Below, one piece after another: positions 9,231 through 18,354 of a stretch of DNA of 64,000 bases. Both the position numbers and the translations under genes were made by a program. The notes below the pieces were generated by a model. It saw nothing but the letters and a program-made list of their open reading frames with translations. It searched no databases and had not been told where the DNA came from. The DNA is from Sphingobacteriales bacterium (lineage in GTDB: Bacteria > Bacteroidota > Bacteroidia > Chitinophagales > JADJOU01), in NCBI GenBank assembly GCA_021297855.1, contig JAJTHM010000012.1, forward strand, positions 57,591 through 121,590, written 5' to 3'. Positions within the stretch are counted from its first letter, which is position 1; the number at the start of each line of letters is the position of its first letter.

Positions 9231-10088
9231 ATTTTCAAAATTTTTTAATTCATAAATGCGCTTATTCCTAAAAAGGATAAGCGCATTTTCATTAAAGACC
9301 TGTAAAGAAATTACAGGACTCGAAAACTCAATTCTTTTCGGGTTTGTCATATCTATCTCCCCCGTGTGTTTGGTTTGAAATTGGAATAAATAATTCTGTT
9401 TATTCAAATAAGCATTGCCCTTGTATTCAAATATACCTTGGCACGAACCCATTTTTTTGGATTGGACCAGATTGCCATAGTCGTCCAAAATAAATATCCC
9501 ATAGCTGGTATCTATGGCTAGAGTATAATTTTTTATTTGAACTACCTCCGTAGGGAAGTAGAATTGTCCATTGACCTTGAAAGGATTTCTTTTCTGAGAT
9601 ATTTTTACGCCATTTTCATTTAACTTATACAGTATGTTTTCGCTAACATCCAGTACCCATATCATTTTATCTACAGTAAATTTGACGAAGGCAGGTTCGA
9701 AAATATGCAAAGGATCCAACTTGATATTGGAAATAACTCCCCACCGACTGTTTTTGATTTCAATAGTATTTTTATGTCTAAAGTAAAATAAATTTTTTAA
9801 TGGGGTATTCAAATCCAAAGACAATTGTCGGAGATTCAAGTTGTCTAAAGTGTCATTATATGATTTTTCAGGGCTGACCCGGATAATTCTGTTTTCGAAG
9901 AATAGCCATTTATTATTTAGCTTATCTACTTTTAAATCAAGCAAGGTCGTATCTCTAGAATAAATTAGAGTGTCGAGAAATGTTTGACAATAATATGACT
10001 TAACTAATAGGGTTAGGATTAAAATCAAAATTGCTCTTCTCGCTGCCATATTGGCGCAAAGATACTTCATTTCCATCAAAAATAGCAT
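9219..10088 (-). CDS. hypothetical exported protein
   Basis: 289 aa ORF with signal-like AILILILTLLVKSYYCQ. The start is probably internal (M7 or M14, around 10049-10070), because the ORF overlaps the lpxH 3' end. No family recognised. Confidence 0.45.
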   Translation of the reverse strand: MLFLMEMKYLCANMAARRAILILILTLLVKSYYCQTFLDTLIYSRDTTLLDLKVDKLNNKWLFFENRIIRVSPEKSYNDTLDNLNLRQLSLDLNTPLKNLFYFRHKNTIEIKNSRWGVISNIKLDPLHIFEPAFVKFTVDKMIWVLDVSENILYKLNENGVKISQKRNPFKVNGQFYFPTEVVQIKNYTLAIDTSYGIFILDDYGNLVQSKKMGSCQGIFEYKGNAYLNKQNYLFQFQTKHTGEIDMTNPKRIEFSSPVISLQVFNENALILFRNKRIYELKNFENLFE

Positions 10089-10785
10089 AGGTATTGTAGT
10101 CTAGCCAATCGCCCAGATTTAGATAGATAGACGTTGTATTATCTAATTTAGTATAAATTGGTAAATGCCTATGCCCAAAAATGTAGTAATCAAAGAATTT
10201 ATCTTTCATTATTTTCTGGCAATACACATATAACCATTCATTTTTATTTCCATGGTATTTTTCGGGTTCTAGCGGCTGGCCATACCGACTCCTGTATGAA
10301 AAAAAGTTAGCAATTCCTATACCTAAATCTGGATGAATCCATCTAAATAGAAATTGACAAATGGAGGATGCAAAAAACGTTTTAAGAAATTTATATTTGA
10401 AATCTCCAGGACCTAATCCATCTCCGTGGCCGATGAGAATGGATTTTAATCCGATCCGAATTTCAATCGGTTGAGAGTAGATTATTGCTTTAAATTCTTT
10501 GGTAAATAAATCACGCATCCACATATCATGATTCCCTTTGAAGAAGTGAAGCTGTATGCCATTATCGGACAGTTCTGCGAGTTTTCCAAGGAAGCGATAA
10601 TAGCCTTTTGGCACCACTGTCGTGTACTCAAACCAAAAGTCAAAAATATCTCCAACGAAGTAGATATCGCTGACTTCAGAAGCATACTGATCTAATAAAA
10701 GGCAAATTCTTTTCTCTCTATCCAAGCTTGAATTTACATCTGGAACGCCTAAATGGAAATCGGATAGAAACAGTTGTTTTTTCAC
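10000..10785 (-). CDS. lpxH: UDP-2,3-diacylglucosamine diphosphatase
   Basis: Calcineurin-like metallophosphoesterase motifs LSDFHLG, VGDIFDFWFEY, GNHDMW, GHGD and GHRH, with LpxH-like length. Confidence 0.85.
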   Translation of the reverse strand: MKKQLFLSDFHLGVPDVNSSLDREKRICLLLDQYASEVSDIYFVGDIFDFWFEYTTVVPKGYYRFLGKLAELSDNGIQLHFFKGNHDMWMRDLFTKEFKAIIYSQPIEIRIGLKSILIGHGDGLGPGDFKYKFLKTFFASSICQFLFRWIHPDLGIGIANFFSYRSRYGQPLEPEKYHGNKNEWLYVYCQKIMKDKFFDYYIFGHRHLPIYTKLDNTTSIYLNLGDWLDYNTYAIFDGNEVSLRQYGSEKSNFDFNPNPIS

Positions 10786-10801
10786 CTATGACGGTTGGAA
10801 T

Positions 10802-11512
10802 TTATTCAAAACAGCACTCTTCGCAATAGAACACAAAGACTTTCTTTGTGCCTCTGGAGTTCAAAATTGGCTTGTTCATAGCGAAACGCGTACCTCTTTC
10901 TTCAATAGAAATATCGAGTAGAAACGGAAAGACATCATGATGTTTTAGCATATAATCAGAAACTGCATGTTCTATGTTTAATTTTACTTGAGATTTAGAA
11001 GCCAGAACAATGTGAAATTCTGGAAAGTTTTCCAAAGGCCTAAATCTATTTTGATTGGTATTCAAGATGATATTGCCCTCATCGGAAACTAAGCTTTCAC
11101 AGTAGCTCAAAGCCACATGAGCATGGTCTATAACGCGTTCGATTTTTATTTGATTATCTATATCATTTTCTTTTAGGATACTTATCAAAGATTCTTCCCA
11201 AACAAAAACAGTTGTCAACTGATTTAATTTTAAAAACTGAATAAGTTTTTCTCCTAGCTCCTTTTTATCTGCACAGTAAATAAACTTCCCATCTTTATTG
11301 ATAAATTTTTGTGCAAAATTCAAATCGGCATCATGTGGTATTTCCACAAAGGACTTAGCGTGATTAAATATCTCATTTTCTAAGACATCCTGAGGTACAT
11401 AGGTCGTAAATAACTTTTTCGTAGGATCTGTATCTAAATCAGTCCCTTCAAGGTTTCTGCGACTATTGGCATTTGGCATTAAATTTGGAAACATCACTCT
11501 GTGTTTGAGCAA
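10802..11512 (-). CDS. LUD-domain (LutC/YkgG-like) protein
   Basis: 236 aa. The C-terminal half (VALSYCESLVSDEGNIIL..., FHIVLASKSQV) resembles the lactate-utilisation LUD domain. The track start is a TTG; an ATG at about 11494 is an alternative. Confidence 0.5.
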   Translation of the reverse strand: MLKHRVMFPNLMPNANSRRNLEGTDLDTDPTKKLFTTYVPQDVLENEIFNHAKSFVEIPHDADLNFAQKFINKDGKFIYCADKKELGEKLIQFLKLNQLTTVFVWEESLISILKENDIDNQIKIERVIDHAHVALSYCESLVSDEGNIILNTNQNRFRPLENFPEFHIVLASKSQVKLNIEHAVSDYMLKHHDVFPFLLDISIEERGTRFAMNKPILNSRGTKKVFVFYCEECCFE

Positions 11513-11615
11513 ATGTAATACAATATAGGATAGTGGTTAGACTCAACTATCTACGCTAAATCAAGGTCGTGGTTAAAAAAATAGACAAAATGACTTTTTC
11601 TTGAGAGATGAACCA

Positions 11616-14342
11616 CTAATCTAAATGAACTAATCTCTTCCCTTTGCTCTTTCTAATATTGACTGCAACTATTTTGTATTCTGGACACATAGCCTCAGAG
11701 TCGTGTTCATCGCTAGTAATAATATTGAGCATAACATCCGGGAAGTGGAAGGTGGTGCTGAGTACACCTTGTTTGACTTCCTCCGTAATACGTGCTTTTA
11801 TGTCCACTTTCCCTCTTGGTGATTCTACACACACAAAGTCGCCTTCTTGTATAAAATGTCTGGCAGCGTCATCTGGATGAATCATAATGACATCTTCCGT
11901 TAATATTTGAGCATTGCCTGTGCGGCGAGTCATGGTGCCACAATTGTAATGCTCTAATTCTCGATTGGTCGTAACTATATAGGGGTATTCTTTTTTATAT
12001 TTTTTGAGTTCATTGCTCTCTTCATAATCGAAATAATGAAACTTACCCAAGCCACGCGAGAATTTATCCAAATGCATTATTTGAGTATCTGTACCATCTT
12101 TTAATACAGGCCATTGCTTACCGTTTTTGCCCAATTCATCCCATTTGACTCCAGCGAAGAAAGGCACTATTTGAGAAATTTCTTCCAATACACCCGCAGC
12201 GTCATAATCCGCCTGAGGGAATCCCATGCGATTCATGATGTCAACAATGATTTGCCCATCAGGCTTTGTTCCCGCAAGAGGTTCTACCACTTTTTGTACC
12301 CGCTGAATTCTTCGTTCACCATTTGTGAATGTTCCACTTTTTTCTAAAAAGGATGAAGCGGGCAAAATCACAGTAGCATATTTTGCTGTTTCTGTCATGA
12401 ATATTTCTTGTACGACCAATAAGTCTAGTCCTTGCATAGCTGCTATCACTTTATTGGTATTGGGGTCGGTCTGCACCACGTCTTCACCCATCAGCCAAAG
12501 CGCCTTTAACTTCCCGTCAATAGATGCTTCAAACATTTCCGGAATTTTCAAACCTTTACCGAGAGGAATTTTTGTTTTGTAAAAATTCTCGTAATGTTTG
12601 TTGATTTCCGGATCATAGGCATTGAGATAGCCCGCACCCTGATGTGGCTGACAACCCATATCTGCAGCTCCTTGGACATTATTCTGGCCGCGGAGAGGAT
12701 TCACTCCTACCCCTTTTCTGCCTATATTTCCAGTGATCATAGCTAAATCTGAAATCAACATGACCGTATAACTACCTTGGGAATGTTCTGTCACACCAAG
12801 TCCATGGAAGGACATAGCGTTTCCAGCAGTAGCATAGGCTATAGCAGCTTTGCGAACTAACTCTCTATCTACACCCGTCACCGCTTCCATTTCATCCAAA
12901 TTTAAAGCTAAAATTTGTTCTTTAAATTCATCATATCCTTCCGTTCTAGTAGAAATAAATTCTTTGGACTCCAAGCCTTCTGAAATGATATAATAGAGCA
13001 TCATATTGAGCAGAGCTACATTCGTTCCAGGTTGCAGTTGTAAATGGTAAGTAGCATATTTTGCTATCTCTGTTTCTCGCGGGTCTATGACTATGGTTGT
13101 TTTACTCTTCATGGCAAACTGTTTCAACTTGGCGCCAGTCACAGGATGACCATCGGTAGGATTTGCACCGATAATCATGATGCAATTTGTATGCTTCAAA
13201 TCTTCAATAGAGTTGGTCGCAGCACCTGTGCCAAATGCACGCTGCATGCCTAGCGCAGTAGGTGAGTGACAAACACGTGCACAACAATCTATATTATTTG
13301 TTCCTATGACTGCTCGAATAAATTTCTGCATTAAATAGTTTTCTTCATTCGTGCATCGAGCGGAAGAAATTCCAGCGACAGCATCAGGACCATGTTGATT
13401 TACAATCGTTGTTAATTTATCTGCTATGAAATCATAAGCCTCGTCCCATGTGGCAGGAACTAATTCTCCATTTCTGCGAATGAGGGGTGTTTTGATTCGG
13501 TCTGGGTGTTTGTAAAATGAAAAGGCGTAGCGCCCTTTAAGACAGGTATGACCAGCATTCACCTCGGCATCAAAAGGAGCTCGAATGGACTTTACTTCAC
13601 CATTGAGTGTAGAGACTTCTAGATTGCAACCTACGCCACAATAAGTACAGATAGTTCGCGTTTTTTCTGTTCCTACGATTGATTTAGATTCGAATACATC
13701 TGAGATAGCTGATGTAGGACAAGCCTGAGCGCAGGCACCGCAGCTCACACAATCTGATTCGAAAAAATTCTCATCAAAACTTTTTATTATATGACTATCA
13801 AAACCTCTTCCAGCCATGGATAAAACGAATTCTCCCTGAACTTCTTCACAGGCGCGCACACAGCGGTAGCAGTTGATGCATTTGGAAAAGTCAGAGGTCA
13901 TATAGGGATGACTCAAATCTTTTTCTCTATCCAAATGATTTTTCCCTTCTGGATAGCGCACCTTCCTTACCCCTACTTTAGCCGCTACATCTTGAAGTTC
14001 ACAGTTATTGTTCACTTCACAAGTCAAACAATCTAGTGGATGATCGGTTAAGACCAATTCAATAATATTTTTTCGCAATTTGAGAATATCTTCACTATGG
14101 GTGTAGATATAGGAATTCTCCATGACTGGAGTATGGCACGAAGCTTGCGTTTTTCGACCACCATCTTTCTGAAGAGCCACTTCTACACTGCATACTCTGC
14201 ATGAACCAAAGGGCTTTAAATTTGGAGCGTCGCAAAGCGTCGGCACATAGTCCTGCTCAAAATATCGCTTGATAAATTGCAATAAAGTGTCGCCTTCATG
14301 ATATTCAAAAGGTTGGTCATTGATAAATGCTATTTTTGTCAT
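11616..14342 (-). CDS. fdhA: formate dehydrogenase alpha subunit (molybdopterin oxidoreductase with N-terminal 2Fe-2S/4Fe-4S domains), Cys-type
   Basis: N-terminal ferredoxin GSCRVCSVEV. Clusters CINCYRCVRACEE and CVSCGACAQACP. MopB cluster CTYCGVGC. Active-site region CARVCHSPT is uninterrupted, so Cys rather than Sec. C-terminal molydopterin-binding barrel. The start is placed at ATG 14342 (MTKIAFINDQ); the track GTG at 14375 lies inside the repeat element. Confidence 0.88.
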   Translation of the reverse strand: MTKIAFINDQPFEYHEGDTLLQFIKRYFEQDYVPTLCDAPNLKPFGSCRVCSVEVALQKDGGRKTQASCHTPVMENSYIYTHSEDILKLRKNIIELVLTDHPLDCLTCEVNNNCELQDVAAKVGVRKVRYPEGKNHLDREKDLSHPYMTSDFSKCINCYRCVRACEEVQGEFVLSMAGRGFDSHIIKSFDENFFESDCVSCGACAQACPTSAISDVFESKSIVGTEKTRTICTYCGVGCNLEVSTLNGEVKSIRAPFDAEVNAGHTCLKGRYAFSFYKHPDRIKTPLIRRNGELVPATWDEAYDFIADKLTTIVNQHGPDAVAGISSARCTNEENYLMQKFIRAVIGTNNIDCCARVCHSPTALGMQRAFGTGAATNSIEDLKHTNCIMIIGANPTDGHPVTGAKLKQFAMKSKTTIVIDPRETEIAKYATYHLQLQPGTNVALLNMMLYYIISEGLESKEFISTRTEGYDEFKEQILALNLDEMEAVTGVDRELVRKAAIAYATAGNAMSFHGLGVTEHSQGSYTVMLISDLAMITGNIGRKGVGVNPLRGQNNVQGAADMGCQPHQGAGYLNAYDPEINKHYENFYKTKIPLGKGLKIPEMFEASIDGKLKALWLMGEDVVQTDPNTNKVIAAMQGLDLLVVQEIFMTETAKYATVILPASSFLEKSGTFTNGERRIQRVQKVVEPLAGTKPDGQIIVDIMNRMGFPQADYDAAGVLEEISQIVPFFAGVKWDELGKNGKQWPVLKDGTDTQIMHLDKFSRGLGKFHYFDYEESNELKKYKKEYPYIVTTNRELEHYNCGTMTRRTGNAQILTEDVIMIHPDDAARHFIQEGDFVCVESPRGKVDIKARITEEVKQGVLSTTFHFPDVMLNIITSDEHDSEAMCPEYKIVAVNIRKSKGKRLVHLD

Positions 14343-14360
14343 AGGTTGAAATTTATTTGT

Positions 14361-14470
14361 AGCACAGAGTTTCACAAAGTTTTAGCACAAAGTTTCACTA
14401 AGAAATTTGATATAGATATTTCCATAAACTTCGTGTAACCTTGTGTCATACTTTGAGGGACTTTGTGCTC
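14361..14470. repeat. palindromic REP/MITE-like element in the fdh intercistronic spacer
   Basis: Direct units AGCACAGAGTTTCAC (14361-14375) and AGCACAAAGTTTCAC (14384-14398). They face inverted units ...AACTTCGTGT AACCTTGTGT ... GACTTTGTGCT (14426-14469). There is a perfect 10-bp inverted repeat AGCACAAAGT (14384-14393) / ACTTTGTGCT (14460-14469). Confidence 0.65.
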
Positions 14471-14474
14471 CATT

Positions 14475-16124
14475 TTATTTTAAATATTCTTTTAATTCCT
14501 CTTCAAAATACATCAATGCGTTTTTAATCGGTAAAGGCAATCCTCCACCTAATGCACATAGGGAGCCTTTTTCCATTGTATTCAATAAATCATTAAGTAA
14601 AGTTCTATCTATTTTATAATCTTCATTTTGCGCTTTTTTGAAAAGTTCGTAGCCGCGAGTAGATCCTAATCGGCAAGGGAAACATTTTCCGCAGCTTTCA
14701 TGCGCGGTAAATTGAAAAAGATGTTCGATGTATTTAACCAATGGAAAATTTTCTGGAATAGAAACTACAGAAGCATGACCTAAAAGAAATCCTTCTTTAC
14801 CGAAAGAATCAAAATCTATGCTTAGGTTCTTTATCTTTGACACAGGGACTAGTCCACCAAGTGGACCACCTATATGCAGTGCCTTCACTCTTTTGTTAAA
14901 TCCTTTACCTAGCTCTTCTATTACTGTTTGTAGCGGTGTCCCCATATCTACCTCATACATACCTGGTTGGTTAAAATGACTGTCGAGGCAAACTAGCTTT
15001 GTTCCTGTGGATTTAACAGTACCAATGGAAGCGTATTTCGCTCCACCATTTGCTAAGATAAATGGAATGTTGGCCAGCGTTTCCACGTTATTGACGACGG
15101 TAGGTTTATTGAACAATCCTACTTGAGTAGGGTATGGAGGACGCACGCGCACTTCAGGCCGCTGCCCTTCGATAGACGACAAGAGGGCGGTCTCCTCCCC
15201 ACAAATATAAGCGCCCATCGCCTTGACTACTTTGAAATCAAAATTAAAATTGGAGTCCAAAATATTTTTACCAATGAGATGATTCTCTCGTAAAAATGCA
15301 ATACTATCATTGATTTTATCTACAGACGCAGGGTATTCTCCTCTGATATAAACCACCCCCCAATTAGCTCCTATGACATAGCCAGTGAGTATCATGCCTA
15401 GAAGCAGTTTATGCGGTTGTTCTTCTAATAGGTATCTATCTGAATAAGCGCCTGGATCACCCTCATCGGCATTGCAGACCACGAATTTATCTTGTGATGG
15501 CGTGTTTTTACACGATTCTAATTTGAACCCCATGGCAAAACCTGCGCCACCTCTACCTCTAATGCCCGAGGCTTTGATTTCATTTAGAAGTTCATCTGGT
15601 GATTTCGAGAGAGATGTTTTTAGAAGACTATAAAATTGATTGAGGTCTTGGATTTTTTCTGTAAGAATAGGAGTGCCTATATAAGCTACATTATAGGTCT
15701 CTTTAGTATTCGATTTTGTCTTTTTTATGTCGGTTAAATTCTCAATATCAGTACCAGAGTAATTTTTACCATCGATATGAAAAGCTCCATTTTCATGACA
15801 ACGACCGAGACAGCACATTTCACCTACTTCATCTGAGGAGTATTCCTTTAGGATTTTATCTTTCAATTTTCCTTGCGTATCAGCTGTGAGGCATGCACTA
15901 CCATTGCATATATAGACTTTCTTCCCTTTATTTTCTGGTCGCAAGAAGTCATAAAAAGAGGTGGTCCCATATAAGGTGGACTTACCTACTAAGAATTCTT
16001 TCCGCAATTCCTCCATTTTCTCCAAATCTGGAGTGCCTGTATCCTGCGCAGCTATGCCTAGTTCCTCAAAAAGATTTTTGTCTAATCCTTTTCTACCCAA
16101 TAAATAACTTAAATTTTCTGGCAT
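14475..16124 (-). CDS. NuoE/NuoF-like fused diaphorase subunit (formate dehydrogenase beta/gamma; NAD(H)- and FMN-binding)
   Basis: N-terminal thioredoxin-like 2Fe-2S (CNGSAC ... CCLGRC). NuoF core GRGGAGF, NADEGDPGA and GAYICGEETAL. 4Fe-4S ESCGKCFPCR...C. Confidence 0.85.
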   Translation of the reverse strand: MPENLSYLLGRKGLDKNLFEELGIAAQDTGTPDLEKMEELRKEFLVGKSTLYGTTSFYDFLRPENKGKKVYICNGSACLTADTQGKLKDKILKEYSSDEVGEMCCLGRCHENGAFHIDGKNYSGTDIENLTDIKKTKSNTKETYNVAYIGTPILTEKIQDLNQFYSLLKTSLSKSPDELLNEIKASGIRGRGGAGFAMGFKLESCKNTPSQDKFVVCNADEGDPGAYSDRYLLEEQPHKLLLGMILTGYVIGANWGVVYIRGEYPASVDKINDSIAFLRENHLIGKNILDSNFNFDFKVVKAMGAYICGEETALLSSIEGQRPEVRVRPPYPTQVGLFNKPTVVNNVETLANIPFILANGGAKYASIGTVKSTGTKLVCLDSHFNQPGMYEVDMGTPLQTVIEELGKGFNKRVKALHIGGPLGGLVPVSKIKNLSIDFDSFGKEGFLLGHASVVSIPENFPLVKYIEHLFQFTAHESCGKCFPCRLGSTRGYELFKKAQNEDYKIDRTLLNDLLNTMEKGSLCALGGGLPLPIKNALMYFEEELKEYLK

Positions 16125-16241
16125 ATAATTTTCTTTCTGAGTCTAATAAAACAATCTTAACTCACAAATTTAATACAGTTTGAGAATTCTTATAAAATAA
16201 AAATTTTGGATTACCTTTGAATTCCTAAAATAGTAAAAAAA

Positions 16242-17018
16242 GTGAGCAAATCAGCATTAGTATGTGGCGGTAGCAAAGGTATAGGTTATGCCAGTGCAGT
16301 GAAATTAGCGGAAATGGGCTGCACCGTAACTCTCTTAGCTAGAAATGAAGAGGATTTAAAAAAAGCAATAGCAAACCTATCTTGCACCAATGGACAGACA
16401 CATCAATATATAGTCGCAGATGGCAATGATTTAGAAAGTTTGGAATCAAAAGTCCGTCAAAAGGCCAAGGAAATCGGAAAGCCGTTTCTCATTTTAGTAA
16501 ACAATTCTGGAGGTCCTACAGCTGGTCCAATATCTAGAGCCAAAATAGAGGAGTTTGAAGCTGCATTTCGGCAGCATTTATTAGTTAATCACACGTTGGT
16601 TTCAGTTCTAAAGCAAGGCATGATGGATCATCATTTTGGAAGAATAATCAATATAATTTCAACTTCTGTAAAACAACCTCTTCCTAATCTGGGTGTCTCC
16701 AATACAATAAGAGCTGCTGTTGCCAATTGGTCTAAAACGATGGCCAATGAACTGGCCTCTTTTGGCATTACGGTCAATAATGTATTGCCTGGAGCTACCT
16801 CTACAGATAGATTAAACGCAATTATAGAAAATAAGTCCAATAAACTGAATATATCTAAAAATACTGTAGAAGAAGAAATGATCAATGAAATACCGATGAA
16901 GCGCTTCGCTCAGCCAGAAGAGGTGGCAGCAGCTGTAGCTTTTCTAGCCTCTGACGCAGCCTCATACATCACTGGTATTAATATCCCAGTAGATGGGGGG
17001 CGAACAGCCTGTTTATAA
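16242..17018 (+). CDS. SDR family oxidoreductase
   Basis: GTG start. GGSKGIGYA cofactor motif, NNSGG, and a C-terminal SYITGINIPVDGG typical of classical SDRs. Confidence 0.85.
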   Translation: MSKSALVCGGSKGIGYASAVKLAEMGCTVTLLARNEEDLKKAIANLSCTNGQTHQYIVADGNDLESLESKVRQKAKEIGKPFLILVNNSGGPTAGPISRAKIEEFEAAFRQHLLVNHTLVSVLKQGMMDHHFGRIINIISTSVKQPLPNLGVSNTIRAAVANWSKTMANELASFGITVNNVLPGATSTDRLNAIIENKSNKLNISKNTVEEEMINEIPMKRFAQPEEVAAAVAFLASDAASYITGINIPVDGGRTACL

Positions 17019-17037
17019 ATGATAAAACATACAAAAT

Positions 17038-17586
17038 ATGAAACTAAAATTCATCTTTACTCTCCTACTCTTCGTATTAGCCTATGGCTCGAATGCTCAA
17101 AATGATAATCAACTGGAAAAGACTGCTCCAAAACCTGAGCAGGTGACTGTAAATTCCTCACTTTCTGCTCCTATTCAAGCTTTGCATGATTTGAGCATTT
17201 ATCCCAATTTGCCGAATATGGTCAAGAATGTAATTTTTATGGACCCGATGGCAAATGAACTGCTTTACAAAGTCGAGTTTTATGCGGTGAAAAGCTTGGA
17301 AGTTGATGATTGCAATAAGCACTACTTGTTTGGTGATTTTGAAGTGAAAACATTGGAGGGTTATGGGTACCCATACTATGTTTTTAATACTAACTCTCAA
17401 GTTATTTCTACAAAGATGGGTTGTGGCAATACTATAAAGAAGGTTAAAAATGTAGCTTCAGGCAAAACAGAGACTGTGCGCTATATGAGTATGCTCCCTA
17501 TAGTAGTCTATACTCCGAAAGATATAGACGTGAAATACAAAATTTGGCAACAAGATCCTAAAGAATTGGATGCTAGAAGTTTCTAA
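17038..17586 (+). CDS. eco: ecotin-family serine protease inhibitor, periplasmic
   Basis: Signal peptide LLLFVLAYGSNAQ. Strong resemblance to E. coli ecotin as I recall it: LEVDDCNKH..., KTLEGYGYPYYVF (ecotin KTLEGWGYDYYVF), reactive loop VISTKMGC (ecotin VSTMMAC), and LPIVVYTPKDIDVKYKIW (ecotin LPIVVYTPDNVDVKYRVW). Confidence 0.85.
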   Translation: MKLKFIFTLLLFVLAYGSNAQNDNQLEKTAPKPEQVTVNSSLSAPIQALHDLSIYPNLPNMVKNVIFMDPMANELLYKVEFYAVKSLEVDDCNKHYLFGDFEVKTLEGYGYPYYVFNTNSQVISTKMGCGNTIKKVKNVASGKTETVRYMSMLPIVVYTPKDIDVKYKIWQQDPKELDARSF

Positions 17587-17655
17587 TAAAAATAGTTCAA
17601 GTTTAAGAATATTTTAGATTTAAAATTTCAGTATTCCTAATTATCGCAAAGTTCT

Positions 17656-17663
17656 TAGATTTG
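17656..17663 (+). promoter_or_regulatory. candidate -7 box (TAGATTTG) for the fatty acid hydroxylase gene
   Basis: Matches TAnnTTTG, 19 nt upstream of the ATG at 17683. No convincing -33 element was seen. Confidence 0.3.
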
Positions 17664-17682
17664 CAGAAGTAATTATTGTCAT

Positions 17683-18333
17683 ATGAGTCAGCATAAAAAT
17701 TTTGTATCCCTAAAAGATGAAACTATCAGAATGTTTGAAAATCCAATTTTAGATTGGATGTCAAGGATTCATTGGGCGACTCCACTTATTGTTTGGGTTC
17801 CCGTAGTACTTTATTGCTTATATCAAGCGAGTATTGTCTATCAGTTTGGCTGGATTAAGATTCCAGTTTTATTTCTAGTAGGCCTATTCATTTGGACATT
17901 GTCAGAATATTTCGTACATCGATTTGTATTTCACTACCATCCAAGTACTGATTTTGGAAAGAGAATTAGCTTTTTAATGCACGGGGTACATCATGATTAT
18001 CCTAACGATTCTAAGCGTTTGGTCATGCCACCTATCATGTCTATAGTTTTAGCAATTCCTTTTTTCGTTTTTTTCAATATGGCTTTTGGTGGTGGAGGAG
18101 CTACTTATTCAGCTTTTGCAGGTATGGTTTGTGGTTATTTAGTTTATGATATGATGCATTATGCACTGCACCATGCGAAGTGGCAAAATCCCTATTTCGA
18201 AAAATTAAAAAAACATCACATGGCCCATCATTACGTGCACCCTGAGGCAGGCTTTGGTGTGAGTAATATGTTTTGGGATAAGGTATTTCAAACAGAATTG
18301 GAAGAGGCTCGAAAAAAAGCCAACGAAGAATAA
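17683..18333 (+). CDS. fatty acid hydroxylase / sterol desaturase superfamily membrane protein
   Basis: Histidine boxes HRFVFHYH, HGVHHDYP and HYALHH...HHMAHHY, with 4 TM segments. Confidence 0.8.
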   Translation: MSQHKNFVSLKDETIRMFENPILDWMSRIHWATPLIVWVPVVLYCLYQASIVYQFGWIKIPVLFLVGLFIWTLSEYFVHRFVFHYHPSTDFGKRISFLMHGVHHDYPNDSKRLVMPPIMSIVLAIPFFVFFNMAFGGGGATYSAFAGMVCGYLVYDMMHYALHHAKWQNPYFEKLKKHHMAHHYVHPEAGFGVSNMFWDKVFQTELEEARKKANEE

Positions 18334-18354
18334 TCATCCACGAACTGTTTTATT

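Noticed and set aside
11616-14342. Selenocysteine-containing formate dehydrogenase (in-frame TGA plus SECIS)
   Set aside because: The ORF is uninterrupted, and the position that would hold Sec reads Cys (CARVCHSPT), so this is the Cys-type enzyme.
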